Shown one piece after another: positions 10,882 to 24,600 of a DNA stretch of 64,000 nt (position 1 is the stretch's first letter; every line of letters begins with the position of its first letter). The position numbers were made by a program, and so were the translations under genes. The notes below the pieces were generated by a model that had not been told where the DNA came from, did no database searches, and saw only the letters and a list, made by a program, of their open reading frames with translations. This DNA comes from Auanema rhodensis. Taxonomy: Eukaryota > Animalia > Nematoda. The stretch spans positions 496,001 to 560,000 of the forward strand of contig OZ059898.1 in NCBI GenBank assembly GCA_964057225.1. The letters are read 5' to 3'.

Positions 10882-13800
10882 TTATCAGATTTGCGCTAGC
10901 TTAAAAATGCACCGAGATATCAACTGATATAAGTTCACACTTATATCCTCGATTTTCACCCTGAAGAATTAATTTTTTCGTTGAATAACATTGTCCATCG
11001 TCTTTGCCTTGAAAAAAGGAATCTAAAAACATCTACTTTTTGCTAAATTATTTTGAAATTTTTCGAAAAAATTTTTGTCAAAATGTTTTTGGAAGCAATG
11101 TTGAGTGTACATGGAAACTCAACATACACTAATGCATCATTTTTCAAACGATCATAACTAATTTTTGTATTAAGCGTTTCTCAATGTAGTATAGTGCATT
11201 CGATGCGGATTTTTAAGCTGCGTCGATCTGTGTTATCAGATTTGCGCTAGCTTAAAAATGCACCGAGATATCAACTGATATAAGTTCACACTTATATCCT
11301 CGATTTTCACCCTGAAGAATTAATTTTTTCGTTGAATAACATTGTCCATCGTCTTTGCCTTGAAAAAAGGAATCTAAAAACATCTACTTGTTGCTAAATT
11401 ATTTTGAAATTTTTCGAAAAAATTTTTGTCAAAATGTTTTTGGAAGCAATGTTGAGTGTACATGGAAACTCAACATACACTAATGCATCATTTTTCAAAC
11501 GATCATAACTAATTTTTGTATCAAGCGTTTCTCAATGTAGTATAGTGCATTCGATGCGGATTTTTAAGCTGCGTCGATCTGTGTTATCAGATTTGCGCTA
11601 GCTTAAAAATGCACCGAGATATCAACTGATATAAGTTCACACTTATATCCTCGATTTTCACCCTGAAGAATTAATTTTTTTGTTGAATAACATTGTCCAT
11701 CGTCTTTGCCTTGAAAAAAGGAATCTAAAAACATCTACTTTTTGCTAAATTATTTTGAAATTTTTCGAAAAAATTTTTGTCAAAATGTTTTTGGAAGCAA
11801 TGTTGAGTGTACATGGAAACTCAACATACACTAATGCATCATTTTTCAAACGATCATAACTAATTTTTGTATTAAGCGTTTCTCAATGTAGTATAGTGCA
11901 TTCGATGCGGATTTTTAAGCTGCGTCGATCTGTGTTATCAGATTTGCGCTAGCTTAAAAATGCACCGAGATATCAACTGATATAAGTTCACACTTATATC
12001 CTCGATTTTCACCCTGAAGAATTAATTTTTTCGTTGAATAACATTGTCCATCGTCTTTGCCTTGTAAAAAGGAATCTAAAAACATCTACTTGTTGCTAAA
12101 TTATTTTGAAATTTTTCGAAAAAATTTTTGTCAAAATGTTTTTGGAAGCAATGTTGAGTGTACATGGAAACTCAACATACACTAATGCATCATTTTTCAA
12201 ACGATCATAACTAATTTTTGTATTAAGCGTTTCTCAATGTAGTATAGTGCATTCGATGCGGATTTTTAAGCTGCGTCGATCTGTGTTATCAGATTTGCGC
12301 TAGCTTAAAAATGCACCGAGATATCAACTGATATAAGTTCACACTTATATCCTCGATTTTCACCCTGAAGAATTAATTTTTTCGTTGAATAACATTGTCC
12401 ATCGTCTTTGCCTTGAAAAAAGGAATCTAAAAACATCTACTTTTTGCTAAATTATTTTGAAATTTTTCGAAAAAATTTTTGTCAAAATGTTTTTGGAAGC
12501 AATGTTGAGTGTACATGGAAACTCAACATACACTAATGCATCATTTTTCAAACGATCATAACTAATTTTTGTATTAAGCGTTTCTCAATGTAGTATAGTG
12601 CATTCGATGCGGATTTTTAAGCTGCGTCGATCTGTGTTATCAGATTTGCGCTAGCTTAAAAATGCACCGAGATATCAACTGATATAAGTTCACACTTATA
12701 TCCTCGATTTTCACCCTGAAGAATTAATTTTTTCGTTGAATAACATTGTCCATCGTCTTTGCCTTGAAAAAAGGAATCTAAAAACATCTACTTTTTGCTA
12801 AATTATTTTGAAATTTTTCGAAAAAATTTTTGTCAAAATGTTTTTGGAAGCAATGTTGAGTGTACATGGAAACTCAACATACACTAATGCATCATTTTTC
12901 AAACGATCATAACTAATTTTTGTATTAAGCGTTTCTCAATGTAGTATAGTGCAATCGATGCGGATTTTTAAGCTGCGTCGATCTGTGTTATCAGATTTGC
13001 GCTAGCTTAAAAATGCACCGAGATATCAACTGATATAAGTTCACACTTATATCCTCGATTTTCACCCTGAAGAATTAATTTTTTCGTTGAATAACATTGT
13101 CCATCGTCTTTGCCTTGAAAAAAGGAATCTAAAAACATCTACTTTTTGCTAAATTATTTTGAAATTTTTCGAAAAAATTTTTGTCAAAATGTTTTTGGAA
13201 GCAATGTTGAGTGTACATGGAAACTCAACATACACTAATGCATCATTTTTCAAACGATCATAACTAATTTTTGTATTAAGCGTTTCTCAATGTAGTATAG
13301 TGCATTCGATGCGGATTTTTAAGCTGCGTCGATCTGTGTTATCAGATTTGCGCTAGCTTAAAAATCTACCGAGATATCAACTGATATAAGTTCACACTTA
13401 TATCCTCGATTTTCACCCTGAAGAATTAATTTTTTCGTTGAATAACATTGTCCATCGTCTTTGCCTTGAAAAAAGGAATCTAAAAACATCTACTTTTTGC
13501 TAAATTATTTTGAAATTTTTCGAAAAAATTTTTGTCAAAATGTTTTTGGAAGCAATGTTGAGTGTACATGGAAACTCAACATACACTAATGCATCATTTT
13601 TCAAACGATCATAACTAATTTTTGTATTAAGCGTTTCTCAATGTAGTATAGTGCATTCGATGCGGATTTTTAAGCTGCGTCGATCTGTGTTATCAGATTT
13701 GCGCTAGCTTAAAAATGCACCGAGATATCAACTGATATATGTTCACACTTATATCCTCGATTTTCACCCTGAAGAATTAATTTTTTCGTTGAATAACATT

Positions 13801-16800
13801 GTCCATCGTCTTTGCCTTGAAAAAAGGAATCTAAAAACATCTACTTTTTGCTAAATTATTTTGAAATTTTTCGAAAAAATTTTTGTCAAAATGTTTTTGG
13901 AAGCAATGTTGAGTGTACATGGAAACTCAACATACACTAATGCATCATTTTTCAAACGATCATAACTAATTTTTGTATTAAGCGTTTCTCAATGTAGTAT
14001 AGTGCATTCGATGCGGATTTTTAAGCTGCGTCGATCTGTGTTATCAGATTTGCGCTAGCTTAAAAATGCACCGAGATATCAACTGATATAAGTTCACACT
14101 TATATCCTCGATTTTCACCCTGAAGAATTAATTTTTTCGTTGAATAACATTGTCCATCGTCTTTGCCTTGAAAAAAGGAATCTAAAAACATCTACTTGTT
14201 GCTAAATTATTTTGAAATTTTTCGAAAAAATTTTTGTCAAAATGTTTTTGGAAGCAATGTTGAGTGTACATGGAAACTCAACATACACTAATGCATTATT
14301 TTTCAAACGATCATAACTAATTTTTGTATTAAGCGTTTCTCAATGTAGTATAGTGCATTCGATGCGGATTTTTAAGCTGCGTCGATCTGTGTTATCAGAT
14401 TTGCGCTAGCTTAAAAATGCACCGAGATATCAACTGATATAAGTTCACACTTATATCCTCGATTTTCACCCTGAAGAATTAATTTTTTTTTTTGTTGAAT
14501 AACATTGTCCATCGTCTTTGCCTTGAAAAAAGGAATCTAAAAACATCTACTTTTTGCTAAATTATTTTGAAATTTTTCGAAAAAATTTTTGTCAAAATGT
14601 TTTTGGAAGCAATGTTGAGTGTACATGGAAACTCAACATACACTAATGCATCATTTTTCAAACGATCATAACTAATTTTTGTATTAAGCGTTTCTCAATG
14701 TAGTATAGTGCAATCGATGCGGATTTTTAAGCTGCGTCGATCTGTGTTATCAGATTTGCGCTAGCTTAAAAATGCACCGAGATATCAACTGATATAAGTT
14801 CACACTTATATCCTCGATTTTCACCCTGAAGAATTAATTTTTTCGTTGAATAACATTGTCCATCGTCTTTGCCTTGAAAAAAGGAATCTAAAAACATCTA
14901 CTTTTTGCTAAATTATTTTGAAATTTTTCGAAAAAATTTTTGTCAAAATGTTTTTGGAAGCAATGTTGAGTGTACATGGAAACTCAACATACACTAATGC
15001 ATCATTTTTCAAACGATCATAACTAATTTTTGTATTAAGCGTTTCTCAATGTAGTATAGTGCATTCGATGCGGATTTTTAAGCTGCGTCGATCTGTGTTA
15101 TCAGATTTGCGCTAGCTTAAAAATGCACCGAGATATCAACTGATATAAGTTCACACTTATATCCTCGATTTTCACCCTGAAGAATTAATTTTTTCGTTGA
15201 ATAACATTGTCCATCGTCTTTGCCTTGAAAAAAGGAATCTAAAAACATCTACTTGTTGCTAAATTATTTTGAAATTTTTCGAAAAAATTTTTGTCAAAAT
15301 GTTTTTGGAAGCAATGTTGAGTGTACATGGAAACTCAACATACACTAATGCATCATTTTTCAAACGATCATAACTAATTTTTGTATCAAGCGTTTCTCAA
15401 TGTAGTATAGTGCATTCGATGCGGATTTTTAAGCTGCGTCGATCTGTGTTATCAGATTTGCGCTAGCTTAAAAATGCACCGAGATATCAACTGATATAAG
15501 TTCACACTTATATCCTCGATTTTCACCCTGAAGAATTAATTTTTTTGTTGAATAACATTGTCCATCGTCTTTGCCTTGAAAAAAGGAATCTAAAAACATC
15601 TACTTTTTGCTAAATTATTTTGAAATTTTTCGAAAAAATTTTTGTCAAAATGTTTTTGGAAGCAATGTTGAGTGTACATGGAAACTCAACATACACTAAT
15701 GCATCATTTTTCAAACGATCATAACTAATTTTTGTATTAAGCGTTTCTCAATGTAGTATAGTGCATTCGATGCGGATTTTTAAGCTGCGTCGATCTGTGT
15801 TATCAGATTTGCGCTAGCTTAAAAATGCACCGAGATATCAACTGATATAAGTTCACACTTATATCCTCGATTTTCACCCTGAAGAATTAATTTTTTCGTT
15901 GAATAACATTGTCCATCGTCTTTGCCTTGTAAAAAGGAATCTAAAAACATCTACTTGTTGCTAAATTATTTTGAAATTTTTCGAAAAAATTTTTGTCAAA
16001 ATGTTTTTGGAAGCAATGTTGAGTGTACATGGAAACTCAACATACACTAATGCATCATTTTTCAAACGATCATAACTAATTTTTGTATTAAGCGTTTCTC
16101 AATGTAGTATAGTGCATTCGATGCGGATTTTTAAGCTGCGTCGATCTGTGTTATCAGATTTGCGCTAGCTTAAAAATGCACCGAGATATCAACTGATATA
16201 AGTTCACACTTATATCCTCGATTTTCACCCTGAAGAATTAATTTTTTCGTTGAATAACATTGTCCATCGTCTTTGCCTTGAAAAAAGGAATCTAAAAACA
16301 TCTACTTTTTGCTAAATTATTTTGAAATTTTTCGAAAAAATTTTTGTCAAAATGTTTTTGGAAGCAATGTTGAGTGTACATGGAAACTCAACATACACTA
16401 ATGCATCATTTTTCAAACGATCATAACTAATTTTTGTATTAAGCGTTTCTCAATGTAGTATAGTGCATTCGATGCGGATTTTTAAGCTGCGTCGATCTGT
16501 GTTATCAGATTTGCGCTAGCTTAAAAATGCACCGAGATATCAACTGATATAAGTTCACACTTATATCCTCGATTTTCACCCTGAAGAATTAATTTTTTCG
16601 TTGAATAACATTGTCCATCGTCTTTGCCTTGAAAAAAGGAATCTAAAAACATCTACTTTTTGCTAAATTATTTTGAAATTTTTCGAAAAAATTTTTGTCA
16701 AAATGTTTTTGGAAGCAATGTTGAGTGTACATGGAAACTCAACATACACTAATGCATCATTTTTCAAACGATCATAACTAATTTTTGTATTAAGCGTTTC

Positions 16801-18611
16801 TCAATGTAGTATAGTGCAATCGATGCGGATTTTTAAGCTGCGTCGATCTGTGTTATCAGATTTGCGCTAGCTTAAAAATGCACCGAGATATCAACTGATA
16901 TAAGTTCACACTTATATCCTCGATTTTCACCCTGAAGAATTAATTTTTTCGTTGAATAACATTGTCCATCGTCTTTGCCTTGAAAAAAGGAATCTAAAAA
17001 CATCTACTTTTTGCTAAATTATTTTGAAATTTTTCGAAAAAATTTTTGTCAAAATGTTTTTGGAAGCAATGTTGAGTGTACATGGAAACTCAACATACAC
17101 TAATGCATCATTTTTCAAACGATCATAACTAATTTTTGTATTAAGCGTTTCTCAATGTAGTATAGTGCATTCGATGCGGATTTTTAAGCTGCGTCGATCT
17201 GTGTTATCAGATTTGCGCTAGCTTAAAAATCTACCGAGATATCAACTGATATAAGTTCACACTTATATCCTCGATTTTCACCCTGAAGAATTAATTTTTT
17301 CGTTGAATAACATTGTCCATCGTCTTTGCCTTGAAAAAAGGAATCTAAAAACATCTACTTTTTGCTAAATTATTTTGAAATTTTTCGAAAAAATTTTTGT
17401 CAAAATGTTTTTGGAAGCAATGTTGAGTGTACATGGAAACTCAACATACACTAATGCATCATTTTTCAAACGATCATAACTAATTTTTGTATTAAGCGTT
17501 TCTCAATGTAGTATAGTGCATTCGATGCGGATTTTTAAGCTGCGTCGATCTGTGTTATCAGATTTGCGCTAGCTTAAAAATGCACCGAGATATCAACTGA
17601 TATATGTTCACACTTATATCCTCGATTTTCACCCTGAAGAATTAATTTTTTCGTTGAATAACATTGTCCATCGTCTTTGCCTTGAAAAAAGGAATCTAAA
17701 AACATCTACTTTTTGCTAAATTATTTTGAAATTTTTCGAAAAAATTTTTGTCAAAATGTTTTTGGAAGCAATGTTGAGTGTACATGGAAACTCAACATAC
17801 ACTAATGCATCATTTTTCAAACGATCATAACTAATTTTTGTATTAAGCGTTTCTCAATGTAGTATAGTGCATTCGATGCGGATTTTTAAGCTGCGTCGAT
17901 CTGTGTTATCAGATTTGCGCTAGCTTAAAAATGCACCGAGATATCAACTGATATAAGTTCACACTTATATCCTCGATTTTCACCCTGAAGAATTAATTTT
18001 TTCGTTGAATAACATTGTCCATCGTCTTTGCCTTGAAAAAAGGAATCTAAAAACATCTACTTGTTGCTAAATTATTTTGAAATTTTTCGAAAAAATTTTT
18101 GTCAAAATGTTTTTGGAAGCAATGTTGAGTGTACATGGAAACTCAACATACACTAATGCATTATTTTTCAAACGATCATAACTAATTTTTGTATTAAGCG
18201 TTTCTCAATGTAGTATAGTGCATTCGATGCGGATTTTTAAGCTGCGTCGATCTGTGTTATCAGATTTGCGCTAGCTTAAAAATGCACCGAGATATCAACT
18301 GATATAAGTTCACACTTATATCCTCGATTTTCACCCTGAAGAATTAATTTTTTTTTTTGTTGAATAACATTGTCCATCGTCTTTGCCTTGAAAAAAGGAA
18401 TCTAAAAACATCTACTTTTTGCTAAATTATTTTGAAATTTTTCGAAAAAATTTTTGTCAAAATGTTTTTGGAAGCAATGTTGAGTGTACATGGAAACTCA
18501 ACATACACTAATGCATCATTTTTCAAACGATCATAACTAATTTTTGTATTAAGCGTTTCTCAATGTAGTATAGTGCAATCGATGCGGATTTTTAAGCTGC
18601 GTCGATCTGTG
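10882..18611. repeat. Tandem duplication of an 11-monomer block (3865 bp x2)
   Basis: Monomers 32-42 and 43-53 show the same ordered variants: T158G+T290C; C98T; A131T+T158G; T318A; GC28-29CT; A51T; T158G+C257T; T11 expansion+T318A. Confidence 0.92.
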
Positions 18612-21600
18612 TTATCAGATTTGCGCTAGCTTAAAAATGCACCGAGATATCAACTGATATAAGTTCACACTTATATCCTCGATTTTCACCCTGAAGAATT
18701 AATTTTTTCGTTGAATAACATTGTCCATCGTCTTTGCCTTGAAAAAAGGAATCTAAAAACATCTACTTTTTGCTAAATTATTTTGAAATTTTTCGAAAAA
18801 ATTTTTGTCAAAATGTTTTTGGAAGCAATGTTGAGTGTACATGGAAACTCAACATACACTAATGCATCATTTTTCAAACGATCATAACTAATTTTTGTAT
18901 TAAGCGTTTCTCAATGTAGTATAGTGCATTCGATGCGGATTTTTAAGCTGCGTCGATCTGTGTTATCAGATTTGCGCTAGCTTAAAAATCTACCGAGATA
19001 TCAACTGATATAAGTTCACACTTATATCCTCGATTTTCACCCTGAAGAATTAATTTTTTCGTTGAATAACATTGTCCATCGTCTTTGCCTTGAAAAAAGG
19101 AATCTAAAAACATCTACTTTTTGCTAAATTATTTTGAAATTTTTCGAAAAAATTTTTGTCAAAATGTTTTTGGAAGCAATGTTGAGTGTACATGGAAACT
19201 CAACATACACTAATGCATCATTTTTCAAACGATCATAACTAATTTTTGTATTAAGCGTTTCTCAATGTAGTATAGTGCATTCGATGCGGATTTTTAAGCT
19301 GCGTCGATCTGTGTTATCAGATTTGCGCTAGCTTAAAAATGCACCGAGATATCAACTGATATATGTTCACACTTATATCCTCGATTTTCACCCTGAAGAA
19401 TTAATTTTTTCGTTGAATAACATTGTCCATCGTCTTTGCCTTGAAAAAAGGAATCTAAAAACATCTACTTTTTGCTAAATTATTTTGAAATTTTTCGAAA
19501 AAATTTTTGTCAAAATGTTTTTGGAAGCAATGTTGAGTGTACATGGAAACTCAACATACACTAATGCATCATTTTTCAAACGATCATAACTAATTTTTGT
19601 ATTAAGCGTTTCTCAATGTAGTATAGTGCATTCGATGCGGATTTTTAAGCTGCGTCGATCTGTGTTATCAGATTTGCGCTAGCTTAAAAATGCACCGAGA
19701 TATCAACTGATATAAGTTCACACTTATATCCTCGATTTTCACCCTGAAGAATTAATTTTTTCGTTGAATAACATTGTCCATCGTCTTTGCCTTGAAAAAA
19801 GGAATCTAAAAACATCTACTTGTTGCTAAATTATTTTGAAATTTTTCGAAAAAATTTTTGTCAAAATGTTTTTGGAAGCAATGTTGAGTGTACATGGAAA
19901 CTCAACATACACTAATGCATTATTTTTCAAACGATCATAACTAATTTTTGTATTAAGCGTTTCTCAATGTAGTATAGTGCATTCGATGCGGATTTTTAAG
20001 CTGCGTCGATCTGTGTTATCAGATTTGCGCTAGCTTAAAAATCCACCGAGATATCAACTGATATAAGTTCACACTTATATCCTCGATTTTCACCCTGAAG
20101 AATTAATTTTTTCGTTGAATAACATTGTCCATCGTCTTTGCCTTGAAAAAAGGAATCTGAAAACATCTACTTTTTGCTAAATTATTTTGAAATTTTTCGA
20201 AAAAATTTTTGTCAAAATGTTTTTGGAAGCAATGTTGAGTGTACATGGAAACTCAACATACACTAATGCATCATTTTTCAAACGATCATAACTAATTTTT
20301 GTATTAAGCGTTTCTCAATGTAGTATAGTGCATTCGATGCGGATTTTTAAGCTGCGTCGATCTGTGTTATCAGATTTGCGCTAGCTTAAAAATGCACCGA
20401 GATATCAACTGATATAAGTTCACACTTATATCCTCGATTTTCACCCTGAAGAATTAATGTTTTCGTTGAATAACATTGTCCATCGTCTTTGCCTTGAAAA
20501 AAGGAATCTAAAAACATCTACTTTTTGCTAAATTATTTTGAAATTTTTCGAAAAAATTTTTGTCAAAATGTTTTTGGAAGCAATGTTGAGTGTACATGGA
20601 AACTCAACATACACTAATGCATCATTTTTCAAACGATCATAACTAATTTTTGTATTAAGCGTTTCTCAATGTAGTATAGTGCATTCGATGCGGATTTTTA
20701 AGCTGCGTCGATCTGTGTTATCAGATTTGCGCTAGCTTAAAAATGCACCGAGATATCAACTGATATAAGTTCACACTTATATCCTCGATTTTCACCCTGA
20801 AGAATTAATTTTTTCGTTGAATAACATTGTCCATCGTCTTTGCCTTGAAAAAAGGAATCTAAAAACATCTACTTTTTGCTAAATTATTTTGAAATTTTTC
20901 GAAAAAATTTTTGTCAAAATGTTTTTGGAAGCAATGTTGAGTGTACATGGAAACTCAACATACACTAATGCATCATTTTTCAAACGATCATAACTAATTT
21001 TTGTATTAAGCGTTTCTCAATGTAGTATAGTGCATTCGATGCGGATTTTTAAGCTGCGTCGATCTGTGTTATCAGATTTGCGCTAGCTTAAAAATGCACC
21101 GAGATATCAACTGATATAAGTTCACACTTATATCCTCGATTTTCACCCTGAAGAATTAATGTTTTCGTTGAATAACATTGTCCATCGTCTTTGCCTTGAA
21201 AAAAGGAATCTAAAAACATCTACTTTTTGCTAAATTATTTTGAAATTTTTCGAAAAAATTTTTGTCAAAATGTTTTTGGAAGCAATGTTGAGTGTACATG
21301 GAAACTCAACATACACTAATGCATCATTTTTCAAACGATCATAACTAATTTTTGTATTAAGCGTTTCTCAATGTAGTATAGTGCATTCGATGCGGATTTT
21401 TAAGCTGCGTCGATCTGTGTTATCAGATTTGCGCTAGCTTAAAAATGCACCGAGATATCAACTGATATAAGTTCACACTTATATCCTCGATTTTCACCCT
21501 GAAGAATTAATTTTTTCGTTGAATAACATTGTCCATCGTCTTTGCCTTGAAAAAAGGAATCTAAAAACATCTACTTTTTGCTAAATTATTTTGAAATTTT

Positions 21601-24600
21601 TCGAAAAAATTTTTGTCAAAATGTTTTTGGAAGCAATGTTGAGTGTACATGGAAACTCAACATACACTAATGCATCATTTTTCAAACGATCATAACTAAT
21701 TTTTGTATTAAGCGTTTCTCAATGTAGTATAGTGCATTCGATGCGGATTTTTAAGCTGCGTCGATCTGTGTTATCAGATTTGCGCTAGCTTAAAAATGCA
21801 CCGAGATATCAACTGATATAAGTTCACACTTATATCCTCGATTTTCACCCTGAAGAATTAATGTTTTCGTTGAATAACATTGTCCATCGTCTTTGCCTTG
21901 AAAAAAGGAATCTAAAAACATCTACTTTTTGCTAAATTATTTTGAAATTTTTCGAAAAAATTTTTGTCAAAATGTTTTTGGAAGCAATGTTGAGTGTACA
22001 TGGAAACTCAACATACACTAATGCATTATTTTTCAAACGATCATAACTAATTTTTGTATTAAGCGTTTCTCAATGTAGTATAGTGCATTCGATGCGGATT
22101 TTTAAGCTGCGTCGATCTGTGTTATCAGATTTGCGCTAGCTTAAAAATCCACCGAGATATCAACTGATATAAGTTCACACTTATATCCTCAATTTTCACC
22201 CTGAAAAATTAATTTTTTCGTTGAATAACATTGTCCATCGTCTTTGCCTTGAAAAAAGGAATCTAAAAACATCTACTTTTTGCTAAATTATTTTGAAAAT
22301 TTTCGAAAAAATTTTTGTCAAAATGTTTTTGGAAGCAATGTTGAGTGTACATGGAAACTCAACATACACTAATGCATCATTTTTCAAACGATCATAACTA
22401 ATTTTTGTATTAAGCGTTTCTCAATGTAGTATAGTGCATTCGATGCGGATTTTTAAGCTGCGTCGATCTGTGTTATCAGATTTGCGCTAGCTTAAAAATG
22501 CACCGAGATATCAACTGATATAAGTTCACACTTATATCCTCGATTTTCACCCTGAAGAATTAATGTTTTCGTTGAATAACATTGTCCATCGTCTTTGCCT
22601 TGAAAAAAGGAATCTAAAAACATCTACTTTTTGCTAAATTATTTTGAAATTTTTCGAAAAAATTTTTGTCAAAATGTTTTTGGAAGCAATGTTGAGTGTA
22701 CATGGAAACTCAACATACACTAATGCATCATTTTTCAAACGATCATAACTAATTTTTGTATTAAGCGTTTCTCAATGTAGTATAGTGCATTCGATGCGGA
22801 TTTTTAAGCTGCGTCGATCTGTGTTATCAGATTTGCGCTAGCTTAAAAATGCACCGAGATATCAACTGATATAAGTTCACACTTATATCCTCGATTTTCA
22901 CCCTGAAGAATTAATTTTTTCGTTGAATAACATTGTCCATCGTCTTTGCCTTGAAAAAAGGAATCTAAAAACATCTACTTTTTGCTAAATTATTTTGAAA
23001 TTTTTCGAAAAAATTTTTGTCAAAATGTTTTTGGAAGCAATGTTGAGTGTACATGGAAACTCAACATACACTAATGCATCATTTTTCAAACGATCATAAC
23101 TAATTTTTGTATTAAGCGTTTCTCAATGTAGTATAGTGCATTCGATGCGGATTTTTAAGCTGCGTCGATCTGTGTTATCAGATTTGCGCTAGCTTAAAAA
23201 TGCACCGAGATATCAACTGATATAAGTTCACACTTATATCCTCGATTTTCACCCTGAAGAATTAATGTTTTCGTTGAATAACATTGTCCATCGTCTTTGC
23301 CTTGAAAAAAGGAATCTAAAAACATCTACTTTTTGCTAAATTATTTTGAAATTTTTCGAAAAAATTTTTGTCAAAATGTTTTTGGAAGCAATGTTGAGTG
23401 TACATGGAAACTCAACATACACTAATGCATCATTTTTCAAACGATCATAACTAATTTTTGTATTAAGCGTTTCTCAATGTAGTATAGTGCATTCGATGCG
23501 GATTTTTAAGCTGCGTCGATCTGTGTTATCAGATTTGCGCTAGCTTAAAAATGCACCGAGATATCAACTGATATAAGTTCACACTTATATCCTCGATTTT
23601 CACCCTGAAGAATTAATGTTTTCGTTGAATAACATTGTCCATCGTCTTTGCCTTGAAAAAAGGAATCTAAAAACATCTACTTTTTGCTAAATTATTTTGA
23701 AATTTTTCGAAAAAATTTTTGTCAAAATGTTTTTGGAAGCAATGTTGAGTGTACATGGAAACTCAACATACACTAATGCATCATTTTTCAAACGATCATA
23801 ACTAATTTTTGTATTAAGCGTTTCTCAATGTAGTATAGTGCATTCGATGCGGATTTTTAAGCTGCGTCGATCTGTGTTATCAGATTTGCGCTAGCTTAAA
23901 AATGCACCGAGATATCAACTGATATAAGTTCACACTTATATCCTCGATTTTCACCCTGAAGAATTAATGTTTTCGTTGAATAACATTGTCCATCGTCTTT
24001 GCCTTGAAAAAAGGAATCTAAAAACATCTACTTTTTGCTAAATTATTTTGAAATTTTTCGAAAAAATTTTTGTCAAAATGTTTTTGGAAGCAATGTTGAG
24101 TGTACATGGAAACTCAACATACACTAATGCATCATTTTTCAAACGATCATAACTAATTTTTGTATTAAGCGTTTCTCAATGTAGTATAGTGCATTCGATG
24201 CGGATTTTTAAGCTGCGTCGATCTGTGTTATCAGATTTGCGCTAGCTTAAAAATGCACCGAGATATCAACTGATATAAGTTCACACTTATATCCTCGATT
24301 TTCACCCTGAAGAATTAATTTTTTCGTTGAATAACATTGTCCATCGTCTTTGCCTTGAAAAAAGGAATCTAAAAACATCTACTTTTTGCTAAATTATTTT
24401 GAAATTTTTCGAAAAAATTTTTGTCAAAATGTTTTTGGAAGCAATGTTGAGTGTACATGGAAACTCAACATACACTAATGCATCATTTTTCAAACGATCA
24501 TAACTAATTTTTGTATTAAGCGTTTCTCAATGTAGTATAGTGCATTCGATGCGGATTTTTAAGCTGCGTCGATCTGTGTTATCAGATTTGCGCTAGCTTA

